NCBI GenBank assembly: GCA_000934665.2
Contig: JYFJ02003232.1
Coordinates: 1-44,932, forward strand
Reading direction: 5' to 3'
From: Catajapyx aquilonaris
Lineage: Eukaryota
DNA: 44,932 nt
The notes below the pieces were generated by a model. It saw nothing but the letters and a program-made list of their open reading frames with translations. It searched no databases and was not told the origin of the DNA. Positions 1 to 11,100 of this stretch are shown one piece after another; the first letter of the stretch is position 1; every line of letters begins with the position of its first letter. The position numbers and the translations under genes are program-made.

Positions 1-1825
1 ACCCAGATTATCACCCACCCCCAACCCATGTCTCACGAAACTAGGCGGCTGATGGATCTCCAGGTGAAAGAACTGGTTAGGGACGGAGTGATTGAACGGG
101 GCAGTGATAGGACCTTCACCCACAGAAACTATATGATCAGAAAACCTGGTAGCGATGAATTTCGTATGGTAACCGACCTCCGCATGATCAATAAAAGGGT
201 AAGCCATAAGGCTCCTGACGCCCCTCCCCGGATCATCGACATAATCTCTGCCATCGGTCACAAGAAGTTCATTTCTAAGTGTGACGTCAGGTCGGCATTT
301 TTCTCCGTAAAGATAGCACCCGCCAGCCGAGATTATTTTGGATTTTCGTCGCAAACTGGCACGTGGAGGTACACGTCGTTGCCGCAGGGTTTCATCAATT
401 CCTCCCAGATCTTTACTCAGTGTATACGTCGAACTCTAGGGGACGCTTTAAACGACTATGTCTACGCGTACGTCGATGACGTCATCATTGCGTCAGACAC
501 GTTTGAACAACATTTATACCACATCGAAACCGTCTTATCTGCCCTCCAGCGTGACGGATATTCCCTCCATCCTGATAAGACCGCCTGGGCAGCCGAGGAG
601 GTCAAAGTCCTTGGTTTTGTGGTGGGCCGCGGGACATTCCGGCCCGACCCCTCCCGTACAAAAGCACTCGACACACTTGCCCCGCCCAGAACCCGCAGGC
701 AGCTGCAACAGGTTCTTGGCAAGTGGAACTGGTATCGCTCTTTCCTGCCCAATTTAGCCCAGAGGTCGGATCACATGCGCTCCCTCCTAGCGAAGGACAC
801 CCGCTGGCACTGGTCTGCGGAAATGCAAGCAGAGTTCGATGACCTGAAGGCTGCGATGTCCACATGTGCCTCCCTGCATGTCCCGGACTTAAACAATCGA
901 TTTCACTTAATGACCGATGCCTCCCGTGTTGGAATTGGAAGCGTGTTGTTGCAAGCTGATGCTGCAGATGTTTTGCGTCCGGTTGCATTCCACTCCCGCA
1001 CCCTTAACGCCCATGAGAGGTTATATGCATGCCATGAGCTGGAGCTTCTGGCGGTTCGGTATGGTGTACAGCAGAACGAACACTACCTGGAACATGCAGA
1101 GTTTACCGTCATTACGGACCACCTCAGTCTGACCCGGCTTGATTCCTTTCGTGATTCTCGAGGTAAGATCGCGAGGTGGCGGCAGTACTTGTCATCATTC
1201 CGTTTTGACATCAAATATGCCCCAGGCCACTCCCACTTCAGCCCAGACGTGTTGAGTCGCCACTTTCATTCACACCAGGAGCCAATTAGCCAGGGCACAA
1301 TCAGCGAACCCACGTGGGCTCCTCCAGCGTTACAGTCATTGCTTCCGGGTCGCATGAGTGTCTCCACCCAAACGGCACCCTGCGTGGTACAACCTCCCCC
1401 CTCCCACCCAGCAACGGGTGTCACTCCACACATTCCTGCAGTGATCAACACAGGAAATGCCCCCTCCCACCCAGCAGCAGGTGCCATTCAACGCTCTCCT
1501 GCAGTGATTAACACAGGAAGCAATCGAAGCGGAACCGATGCGAACTCCATACCATCCAGCCCAACAACGGGTGCTGTTCTACACGTCACTGCAGATATCA
1601 ACACAACTGGCTGTCGTAGCAGCATCGCGGCCCCAACGCCCCCACCCCATGAAACGAGTGATGTCCAGGTGGTCACTCGCTCCCAAACGTCATCAGACGC
1701 GTCTCAAGGTCCCCACCGTGCACCTACCCTTTTGCCAGTACCTACGGCTGCCTCTCTAGGCCTTTCTCATGCTGATATTCGTACTGCACAAGCCGCCGAC
1801 CCCTTATGCCGAGAAATCATGAAGG
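1..1825 (+). CDS. pol: Gypsy pol: reverse transcriptase, RNase H and Pro/Ser/Thr-rich linker (open from base 1)
   Basis: DLRMIN, DVRSAFF, LPQGFINS, YVDD; RNase H TDAS, ELELLA, TDH; frame open upstream of the ATG at 28. Confidence 0.95.
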
Positions 1826-2000
1826 NAAACGAGTGATGTCCAGGTGGTCACTCGCTCCCAAACGTCATCAGACGCGTCTCAAGGTCCCCACCGTGCACCT
1901 GCCCTTTTGCCAGTACCTACGGCGGCCTCTCTAGGCCTTTCTCATGCTGATATTCGTACTGCACAAGCCGCCGACCCCTTATGCCGAGAAATCATGAAGG
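1652..2000 (+). repeat. 174-bp direct duplication split by a single N (probable assembly artefact)
   Basis: 1652-1825 equals 1827-2000 except two substitutions; N at 1826. Confidence 0.9.
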
Positions 2001-3247
2001 CCCTCGCACCTCTCCCACCTATCGACACCGCCGCCAATATTCCAGCCCGCATCCGCTCTACGCTGCACCTGTACGGCGTCGACCTCAATGGTCTGCTCAT
2101 ACGCCGCCAGATTGGCGACGGGGGTTGCAGCACTTCGCAGAAAATTGTGGCCCCGGCATGCAAGCGTGATGCAATCATGCTCCAGTTCCACTCAAGCTCC
2201 ACAGCAGGCCATGTTGGGTACTATAAAACCCTGCGTCGCATCCAAATGCACTTCACCTGGGTGGGCATGACGAAGGACGTCAAAACACACGTCTCTCACT
2301 GCCACACCTGCCAAGTAGCCAAGTGTTCCAATCAGTCACCAGCAGGTGTCAGCCTTCCCAGGCCCCTCCCGTCAGGTCCTTGGCAGCAGCTGTCTGTCGA
2401 TCTCGTCGGTCCATGCCCTCCCACAGCGAAGTCTGGCATGAGGTACATCTTATCCTTATGCGACACGCTAACGGGGTTCGTTGAATTGTTTCCCTTGAAG
2501 GTTGCGTCCAGTAAAAACATCGTCTCCAAACTTCACCCTCTGTTCCTTCATACAGGATTTCCCATTTCTCTCCAATCAGATAACGGATCGCAATTTATTT
2601 GCGGCCTTTTCCGCGACGTGTGCAAACATTTTGACATCCGCCTCATTTACACCCCCTCTTATGACCCTCGGGCATGTTTCGTCGAGCGAAAAAATCGGGA
2701 TTTGAAAACCACTCTCCGTGCGTACATTGAGAGACACGACACCTGGGACCAATTGTTGCCGTACATCTGCTTCGCCCTCAACTCAAGAGTGTCCGAATCT
2801 ACACGATTCTCCCCGTCGATGCTACATTACGGACGCGAATTGTGCACCAACATTGACTGGTCTCTCTCTCCTCCCTCCGACCCTCCCACTACCCCACTCT
2901 CTTACGGTGAAAAGCTACAGGCGCAGCTTCAAACCGTCCTGGCGTCTGCTGTCGGCAATGTCCAGAGTTCCAGGAAGAAAAGTCTCGCCAAATTTAATAG
3001 CACTAGACGGCACGTTGGCTACAAACCTGGCGAGTTTGTGCTGCGCAAGAATAGGGTGTTATCTGATGCCAGCTGCGGGTTTTACGCCCCATTTGCCCCC
3101 GCCTACACTGGCCCCTTTCAGATCGCCACCAACCCCTCCCCCAACACATACACCCTCCGCGATGAGAAGGGCCGAATCCGTAACACTCTGGTTCACACTC
3201 AGGACCTCAAGCCCTATCTACTTCCACCTCTCCATAGCAATCGTTAA
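1844..3247 (+). CDS. pol: Gypsy pol: integrase (continuous with the upstream part if the 1826-2000 duplication is removed)
   Basis: HHCC (H-SSSTAG-H...CHTC), DDE (VDL, SDNG, VERKN), GPF motif YTGPFQI, stop at 3245-3247. Confidence 0.95.
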   Translation: MVTRSQTSSDASQGPHRAPALLPVPTAASLGLSHADIRTAQAADPLCREIMKALAPLPPIDTAANIPARIRSTLHLYGVDLNGLLIRRQIGDGGCSTSQKIVAPACKRDAIMLQFHSSSTAGHVGYYKTLRRIQMHFTWVGMTKDVKTHVSHCHTCQVAKCSNQSPAGVSLPRPLPSGPWQQLSVDLVGPCPPTAKSGMRYILSLCDTLTGFVELFPLKVASSKNIVSKLHPLFLHTGFPISLQSDNGSQFICGLFRDVCKHFDIRLIYTPSYDPRACFVERKNRDLKTTLRAYIERHDTWDQLLPYICFALNSRVSESTRFSPSMLHYGRELCTNIDWSLSPPSDPPTTPLSYGEKLQAQLQTVLASAVGNVQSSRKKSLAKFNSTRRHVGYKPGEFVLRKNRVLSDASCGFYAPFAPAYTGPFQIATNPSPNTYTLRDEKGRIRNTLVHTQDLKPYLLPPLHSNR

Positions 3248-4127
3248 GCTGCATTCCGACTCCCTCCCCCTGCCACCTTCGTCACACCCGCTTCTACTCC
3301 GTGGACATATGTTCTAACCGGATTTTTTTTTCTCCTTCTTTTCCGCCCTTCTTCTTTCTCCCCCACCTCCTTTCTTATCTTCCCCTNCACTCCGTGATAC
3401 CCCCCCCCCCTGGCCCCCAAATCCTCCCTCTCCTGGTAACCTTACCCACCGCCACCACATGATACCTTATGATGTGAACTTTCGTCCTAGGACCCCCGCC
3501 ACCTGCCTTCCCTTCTGGGTCTCCAGGTTCCTCCTCCCCCCCTCATGTCACTGGTCATTCATCCCCCGTTATACCTCCTCACCCCTGCCCTAAACAGATG
3601 CGTTCGTCCGGTTGCAGAGGAGGCTGTGCTACGTGGCCACAATCACCCCGACGTTTGCTGCCGGCAACCCGCGTTACGGGAGGCAGCCAACCCCAACTTC
3701 ATCCACCACCATGGCCATCGACGAACGCCGTCGCCAGCCGCGTCCGCCAAACTACAGGGGGCCGCCTTGCAGGCTCCAACACATGACCTATCAGACGATG
3801 GTGACGTTTTGCAGCTTCATCCTTCCGACGAGGACCGCGCCATCTGTTCCAGCGAGGACTCTGCGGTCACCACCTAACTTTGGAACATATGTTGTTTTGT
3901 TTTCTTTTTGTTGTTGGTTTTTTTTTTGCTCGCCTAGACGCTGTAGTTGTGGATATTTGTTCAGAGTGCAGTTTCCTATATTTCCTGTGACTTGTGCTAT
4001 GTGTAATTCTGTATTTTCTGTTTCCATATATTTTTTCTGTACGTCTAAATGTTTGTAACATATGAACTGTGTTGCACCGTTCCCTTTACCTCCACTCCCC
4101 ACTCCTCCTTTTGTGGGGGCGGGCATA

Positions 4128-4440
4128 TGTGCCGGTCATTGACCTCTACTACCACCTTCCCCCTCCTAATTAGCGACTTCCTGTTCCCTCCCCCGGTCTA
4201 CACTCCCCTCGCTTCCTGCTCCCATGTCCCAACCTATGACCCCTGCTGGGTACACCTTATATATAGAGGGTGAACTTGGGGAAGGTGACTCTTGGCCTGA
4301 CTTCCTCCTCTCCTCGCAGACCTCTCTGCCTCCCTCCTTACTTTGGCTCGGTTCCGTTGTATCTTTGATTGAGAGAATACAGTACTGTTAGTACAGACTC
4401 AGTGGTACTTGATTCCCCCTCCACCTTACGTACCGTTACA
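4128..4440 (+). repeat. 3' LTR (313 bp)
   Basis: Follows PPT GGGGGCGGG (4115-4123); begins TGTGCCGGT and ends ACCGTTACA (7/9 inverted match); TATA-like TTATATATAG at ~4257-4266; AATACA at 4376-4381. The 5' LTR is not available for confirmation. Confidence 0.8.
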
Positions 4441-4591
4441 CTGTCACTTGGGATTTTACAAGATTCAAACAAAAATTGGTGATCTAATACTTCAAGACAT
4501 TCTGGACCCGATGGCCCTCTCGAAAAGTCATGAACTAATTCTATTTATCACATAAAAGATCAGTCCCAATTTGTTTTGACTCGCCCTCGTA
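4441..4591. mobile_element. Terminal segment of a mariner-like element adjoining the LTR
   Basis: Ends TTTTGACTCGCCCTCG-TA, the reverse complement of TA-CGAGGGCGAGTCAAAA, a mariner-type TIR start similar to TA-CGAGGGCTG at 20410. Confidence 0.5.
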
Positions 4592-4991
4592 CTTACCTTC
4601 ACCTTTGACCTTTGACCTTTGACCTCTGACGTCACACATGTGAGGCCGAAAAAAGGCCATGGTCTACACTATGCATTTCGATCCCTCACATAGGCCTATA
4701 CCATAATTATGTAGTCCATCAAAAATACACCCGGATTCCGAAATATGTGGCACATTTGCTTAAAAAAACTATGTCTGGCGGTCTAATAGGGTCATTTTAA
4801 TGGCCATCGGGCACTATTATCAGCCGATATTTTAGGTCGGAAAACCCAACCTTCGACATAATGTAAAGAGTACAGTACAAGATTAGAATTTTTGGATGTC
4901 ATGTTTGTGTTACGGTATGTCAAGAACTCTGTCACACTTTGTTCCTATAACTGTGATCTTCTTCCAGTGTCACTATAGTGAGTTTACTCAC

Positions 4992-5127
4992 CTCTGGTAT
5001 AAGGATTCCGCGTGCTTATTTAGTCGAAGGTTCCTCATGAGTCTGGCAGCGTTGAGCATGGCAACAGTATGGTTACCATCGATTCTCAAGGCGTTTTGGT
5101 AGTAACTTAGAGCTTCCTGAAGGCGAC
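4992..5127 (-). CDS. TMTC1: TMTC1-like exon l (136 nt): [44 protein letters not shown]
   Basis: Acceptor TGTTTTTCAG, donor GTGAGT; TPR; phase 1 to 2. Confidence 0.92.
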
Positions 5128-8100
5128 CTGAAAAACACACTCATCGTCTACAATATGTCTTATTTTAAATAGTACGCAATGAAAAAGAAATGTCCGCAAT
5201 GGTTGGCGATTTTTTTGGGCACTAAGCTCTTTATTCTTAAACATTACTTTCGAGCAGTTAATTTGAGGGTTTATATACGTAATATTACGTGATATTTGGA
5301 AATATCTGCTTCCCTCTCCCCTAACAAAAGAGGTAACATCGCATCGTCATAAAATTGAAGGGGAGACAATGCAAAGGTCCTAAGTGCCAAACCCCTGATT
5401 TTGAGTTATGAACGTTTCTTTCTCCTCAACAAAACAAAACAACATAGGCAACCTCCCCATCTACTGGCCAAATGCAGAACCTTACTGATTTTTCTGGCAC
5501 TTGGGACTTCTACCCAACATTGGCGATGGCACATTGGATACCTCGACACTCATAACCCAAATCAGGATTTTTTGGCACTTAGGACCTTTGCATTGTCTCC
5601 CCTTCAATAATTATGGGATCCAACTAGATTAAATGTTGGAAGTCGCTGTTAGAAAAATTATAACTGAAATACTCGAAATATAAACATAATTTTTTGTACC
5701 TGAAAACTCAGATATCTAAAAAAAAATCAAAATGAAAAGAATTATTTTTCAGCAGGCGAAATGCAGACTGTTCTGAAAAAATATTTCCTAGTTTGAGGGT
5801 TGTAGGAAAAATGTGACGTTTTTTTGGGGTATGAACTCCCTCAAGTAAACACCAGTGAATATTTCAAGCAAAATCGCAGGGGTCCAGTTATATGAGTTCA
5901 CCAATAGCCTAGAATGCAACTGGCCTAAGTCCAGAGAACATAACTTTTCAGGAGACACAAAAAACTGTGTACAAAAGAAACTGTCAACATTAAGAAATTG
6001 AACTTTTCCTTCCCATATTAGTGAGCCAGGAATGAACTTGGGTTGATACCATTCTATCAGCATGAGGATGGATACTATCGGAACTCATCCACGCATGAAT
6101 CTCATTTTCGCAAAAAAGTGGACTTAGGCCTATTGCATTCTAGGCTAAAATTGCACAGTTGTCTGACGTCCTGTACACCTACGTATCTCGAGTAAGTTAC
6201 ATGATATTTTACAATTCATACAACATCTCTATGTGTAGGGTTGGAGCTAACGAACGTTTCATAATTATGCTATTGAAACGAAAACAGAGAGCTGAATTTA
6301 GGAGTGTAAATAAACAAATGAAGGGATATTTTCGAGGTAATGTCGAAATTTTGATGATTTTTGGACAATTCTACTTATAATAATATTGTTTTCTTATAGA
6401 GGCAGTGCTTCATTGACTAGATATTATAGGGAGTCCCCGACGTAATAGCCTCGACGAATTTTATTATTATAATATTATCGTAGATTCGGACTTCCGTAAA
6501 AAATTGTCATGCGCAAAAAAATCATGGGAATGACGGAAAAACTAATAAAATTACATTTATTCCGAAACCACAACACTTGCGCCAGATGCAAAATCCGGTT
6601 CGCCGTTGTCTATCGTAATTTATTACGTATATGATAACATTATGGGCTGACTGGTCTAAATGCAAGTACTATTTTCGTTCGCTTTTGGAATGGAGATTTT
6701 TCACATAATTTCATGCTATATTTAAAATTGCACGTGTAACTTGCACTTAGCTTATTAAAACACATTCACAATGTTCATTATTATCTTCCTATTAATTTAA
6801 TGTAGCCTACGTAGTAGGGCTATATCATGGGGTGGAGGGATTTTGTGTGAAAGAAAAATAATATATATAGCGTTTTCGGGAAAATTCCGTTTTTGACATT
6901 CATATCTTGCTTCGTCTTTGGAGGAAAAATTTATACGTTTTGGCCATACACTCACAGTCAGTCATGTAAACATCCATGATTTTCAAGTCAAAATCGTAGA
7001 GGGCCAAGGAACCTCTTCGTTTTACTTTGCATAGAGTACCCCAGCTATAATACTGTTGATAAAAGTAACTATTCAAAAGTACACGTAAATGCTCATAATA
7101 CAGCAAGAACATCGCTAATCACTACGGGCATTTAATTAAGTTGGAAGACAATACATATTGTAGCTCTAGCACCCACCAAGTTGAAGATGACCTGAACTAC
7201 AAAAAAAAGTTTCATTCTTGTTACATTTGATAAACTCAAAGGAGAGTAATGTTGCAGTGCAACTGACTTGGGTGACATTCATCGTAACGAAGGCTCTCAG
7301 GGACTTTTGTGCTTGTTCCCGTGAGGATAAATAGTTTGCGATTTGCGAAAGGAGAATAATGGTAACCAGGACAAATTGCTTCCCCTTTTGCATCCAATTA
7401 CCCAGAAATAATTACGAGTTATGACTTGGGGAATTCGCGTTTCTTTTCACTTTCCAGGGAAGTAAATCCTAATTTAGCGGCACTTTAGCAGCAGTTAGGC
7501 GAACTTCAGAAACTGAATCAATTCTGAGGGAGGTTTGTCTGAGAAACAGCCCCGTCCTTTTCTCCTCTTGCATCTCACTCGAAATGATTTCATTCAGTGG
7601 GAATAAGAGCACTCATCAGCGGACATCACGTAGCATGCAAGCCACCCAAATATAATACGATTATCGTACCACAATAATGGCCACAAACTCCCCTCTCAGC
7701 TCATTTGCTCCGATTTCAAGAAAAATTGGGGTGTGACTCAGCACCAACAGACAACACAGATACATTTCTGATTGCTGTTATGAAAAGCAAAGGCTGCTTA
7801 TATATGTTGTAGATTTGTCACACACCATCACACTCTCAATCTCAGAATGCCAGAATCAAATTCTGAGAATTCCAAGTTTCCGTGCTGATGAGAAATCCAG
7901 GGAGGCCTTCTATACTACAGTATTCATCGTAATTAAGGTAATTGAAGTATCGGTGAAAATAGAGGTGACAGCTGGCAACTCTAGATGATTGGGCTACATT
8001 CCCCCTAGATGGCAGATAAAGTGGGCTCACACACTTGCCCTACACGAGGTGTCACACGAGGGAAAGCTTGGTTAAATAACGAATGTCACATTTTTGCTTA

Positions 8101-11100
8101 AGATGGATATAATTTATTACACTACTACTGTTCTAGTGTACTGGAAGCCAATGAAAAGTACAATCACCGTTTTATAATAATTTCTAAATCATGGGAACTC
8201 TCAGTGATGTGGCTTATTCCACAATATGATGAAGGGAGAAGGCAGGATATTTTAAAACTACAATGAAATTAAAATCATCCAATTAAAACGTGATAAAAAT
8301 CTGAATTCAACAACTCCACTGCAAGGTGCTTATATCGCTCAAAATGATGGAGACACTTTTGCATAATTATGTCTTCAATTCAAAATCGTCTCCATCTTTT
8401 TGAGTGATATACGAGTAGTACTAGCATGATGGGACATTTATAAAAAATCTCACCAAACTTTAGGTAATTCCACATCATTGACAGTTTATACGATCTATTA
8501 ATTATAATAAGTCGGTGGTTACTACTTGATATTGGCCATTACTACACAAATGAAATTTTAACTTAATATTTAATAGTAGACTACATTGTATTTGTAGCAC
8601 ATAAATAATTCCGTATATCGACCAGTATTTACGCTTACTTGTAATTATTTCAGATTTTTATTTTTATTTTATTTTTAATTTTTAAGTGAAGGTAGTCACA
8701 TAATCCATAATCAAGCGTTCTCTTGTATGGGACTAGCCTCGTCAGGTAAGTCTGACTTGTGAGTCATATTATAAAGCGAGATCTGTCATCATTGTCTGTC
8801 ATACACATAGTCGGAAGCAGTCCTAACTGTCGTGTTCAGCTGATCAGAGAACTATCCACCACATTCTCGCCAATGGAATGATACGATTGTAACATTAATT
8901 ATGAAATAAAGGATACCTATATATAAATTATTTGTTTCTATCTATGAAAGCTAATAAGCTATAACAATTGATTAATACGTAAATTGACAAAAATGTAAAA
9001 ACCATTTAGACAGTGGTTTTCAACCTTTTACCAACTGCGACCCCCTAAACATGTTTCCATAAATGTGCGACCCCCCCGGCCCCTTCTACAACTGACCCAT
9101 TCCCAGAAAACATACACTCGTACAGAGTGTATGTTTTTTGGAAATGGGTCAGCAAAAATGGTTCAATTTACACAGAAATTGCAAAAAAAAAAAACGTTGA
9201 ACAAAGGCTCGCGACCCCCCCCCCCCCNCTGCCCGCAAACCCCAGGTTGGAAACCACTGATTTAGAGGCATTATTACTGGCCCATAGGCCTGCAGCGGCA
9301 ACAAATTGGGCAAAAATGGAGCATACCAGTCTTTTGGAGAAATGCTGCGTAGTTGTTGAGATGATCGGCGTTAGCATCTTCTTGCAGCAATTTCCGATGC
9401 AAGTCTTCCGCTTTCTCTGGTTGACCCATGTCGGCGTACATGGTTGCCAGGTTTGTCAAAGCGTCGGGATTGGATCCGTCCAGTTGTACCGATCTCTCCA
9501 TCAGCACCACTGCTAATGATGATTTTCCTTCATTGCTGTATCAAACAAAACTGTTGATCAAGTAGATGTTCATGCACTTCCTGGTAATTACGATGGCAAT
9601 TTGACCACATTTCACGTCCAATTACAAACGCGTTTTCCATTTTCATGTCACAAGTTATTACCGGCAACTCGACTTGCCAATAAATGTCCGGCAGTACATC
9701 ACAACTGACGGAGTTAACATCACTGCAATTTTCCCTCGAATAACCGAGGAAGCAGGATAATCGAAACGCATGCAACAAAATAATTAATGTCATAAATCAG
9801 TTGCTTGGGCACATTTCAGCCTCATAACGCAACTGGGACACTATTGTTTTGAAATGTATCTAATATGCTACAAGTCGTCTAGGACATTAATAATGCAGAC
9901 GGCTGCAATTGTACTTATGTGCAGTAATTTAGAGAACAAGCGAAGAGGAATGAGGCTATGCGTTAACTGCGTTTTGCAGACATTAATCTCCGCTTTGTCG
10001 CATCCAATGCTTTTTGTTTCGTAATGTAAATCAAGTCGACAAAACACTCGGATGCTAATTGCACATATGTCATTAGAAAAGATTCTCAAAAGCCGTCAAG
10101 TGCTTTGTAATCATCTTCAATGCAGAGACGGAACAAAAATGGTTCTCTTATTAGGACTTTTCGCTCTTTATTCTGTTGTTGAATGAGCTAATTTGATATG
10201 AAAAGAACCTCTCTAGGCACCATCTAGCTGGATCGGAATTTTCCACTCACATAGATACTGTAATTATGTAATATGTGGATTGGTGGACTTGGGCTCCCCA
10301 TCATTCAAAATGTGGTCATCAGTTATCAGCTACGACTTCCGAAGGCCTTCGTTTGTGACAGGAGTAATAATGTGGTCAATAAGTGGCAAGGCGATACCAA
10401 TGTCCTCAATTCCTGTCTCATTCAAACCATTGAATTGCATTGTATTCGATGGAATGGAGTCAAATCGAGCTCAATTCCACTTCAGTGCATGAGCGGAAGG
10501 TCGGCCCATAAACTGAAAGCAAGTTGGTCCATCTCTCTGCCAAAGTCCATTCCACTGGTAGACCACTTACTGTTTGAGGTTGGCCAGGTTGAAGTATGCG
10601 TGGGCGTGCTCAGGGTTGATCCGAATCGCCTCGTTGAAATGCATCTCGGCCTCTGATGAATCATTCAGCAGGGTTCCCAGGTTGTTGTGGGCACTCGCGT
10701 GGGTAGGCCACAGACTGTTCCAAATAAACAGGAAAAAGCAAGCATTCAATCTGTATCGAACTCACAAACCAACTCTCTTTGTCACACATTTAAAGGGGTA
10801 GTCCTAGAAGGACGTCACGCACTGATAAGGGAAGGGCGGTTGGAGTGACGGTCAGTGACATGGTGGTGTTCGGCCAGCGGCAGCCGTATAATTTATTCCA
10901 TTCTTTGTTAAAGCGATTGTGGTATAATGTCTTTCTGAAGCTGCATCCTACTTTGCTGCAACTTTTCATCATTTTTCCGTTTGTGTTTTATTGTCATTTA
11001 CTAGCTTACTATTAGGAAATGTGCAGTAATCTGCAAACATACAGTATATTTACTCTGGTATGATATGCTGACGTGCCTTTTATAACAGGAGTCAAGACTG

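Larger units (their letters stand above)
1..4440 (+). mobile_element. Ty3/Gypsy LTR retrotransposon, 3' part (gag/PR and 5' LTR outside window), antisense inside a TMTC1 intron
   Basis: RT-RNaseH-INT domain order, G-rich PPT and TG...CA LTR. Confidence 0.95.

Noticed and set aside
1826..1843. Programmed frameshift or two-ORF pol
   Set aside because: The break coincides with an N and a 174-bp duplication; removing one copy restores the frame
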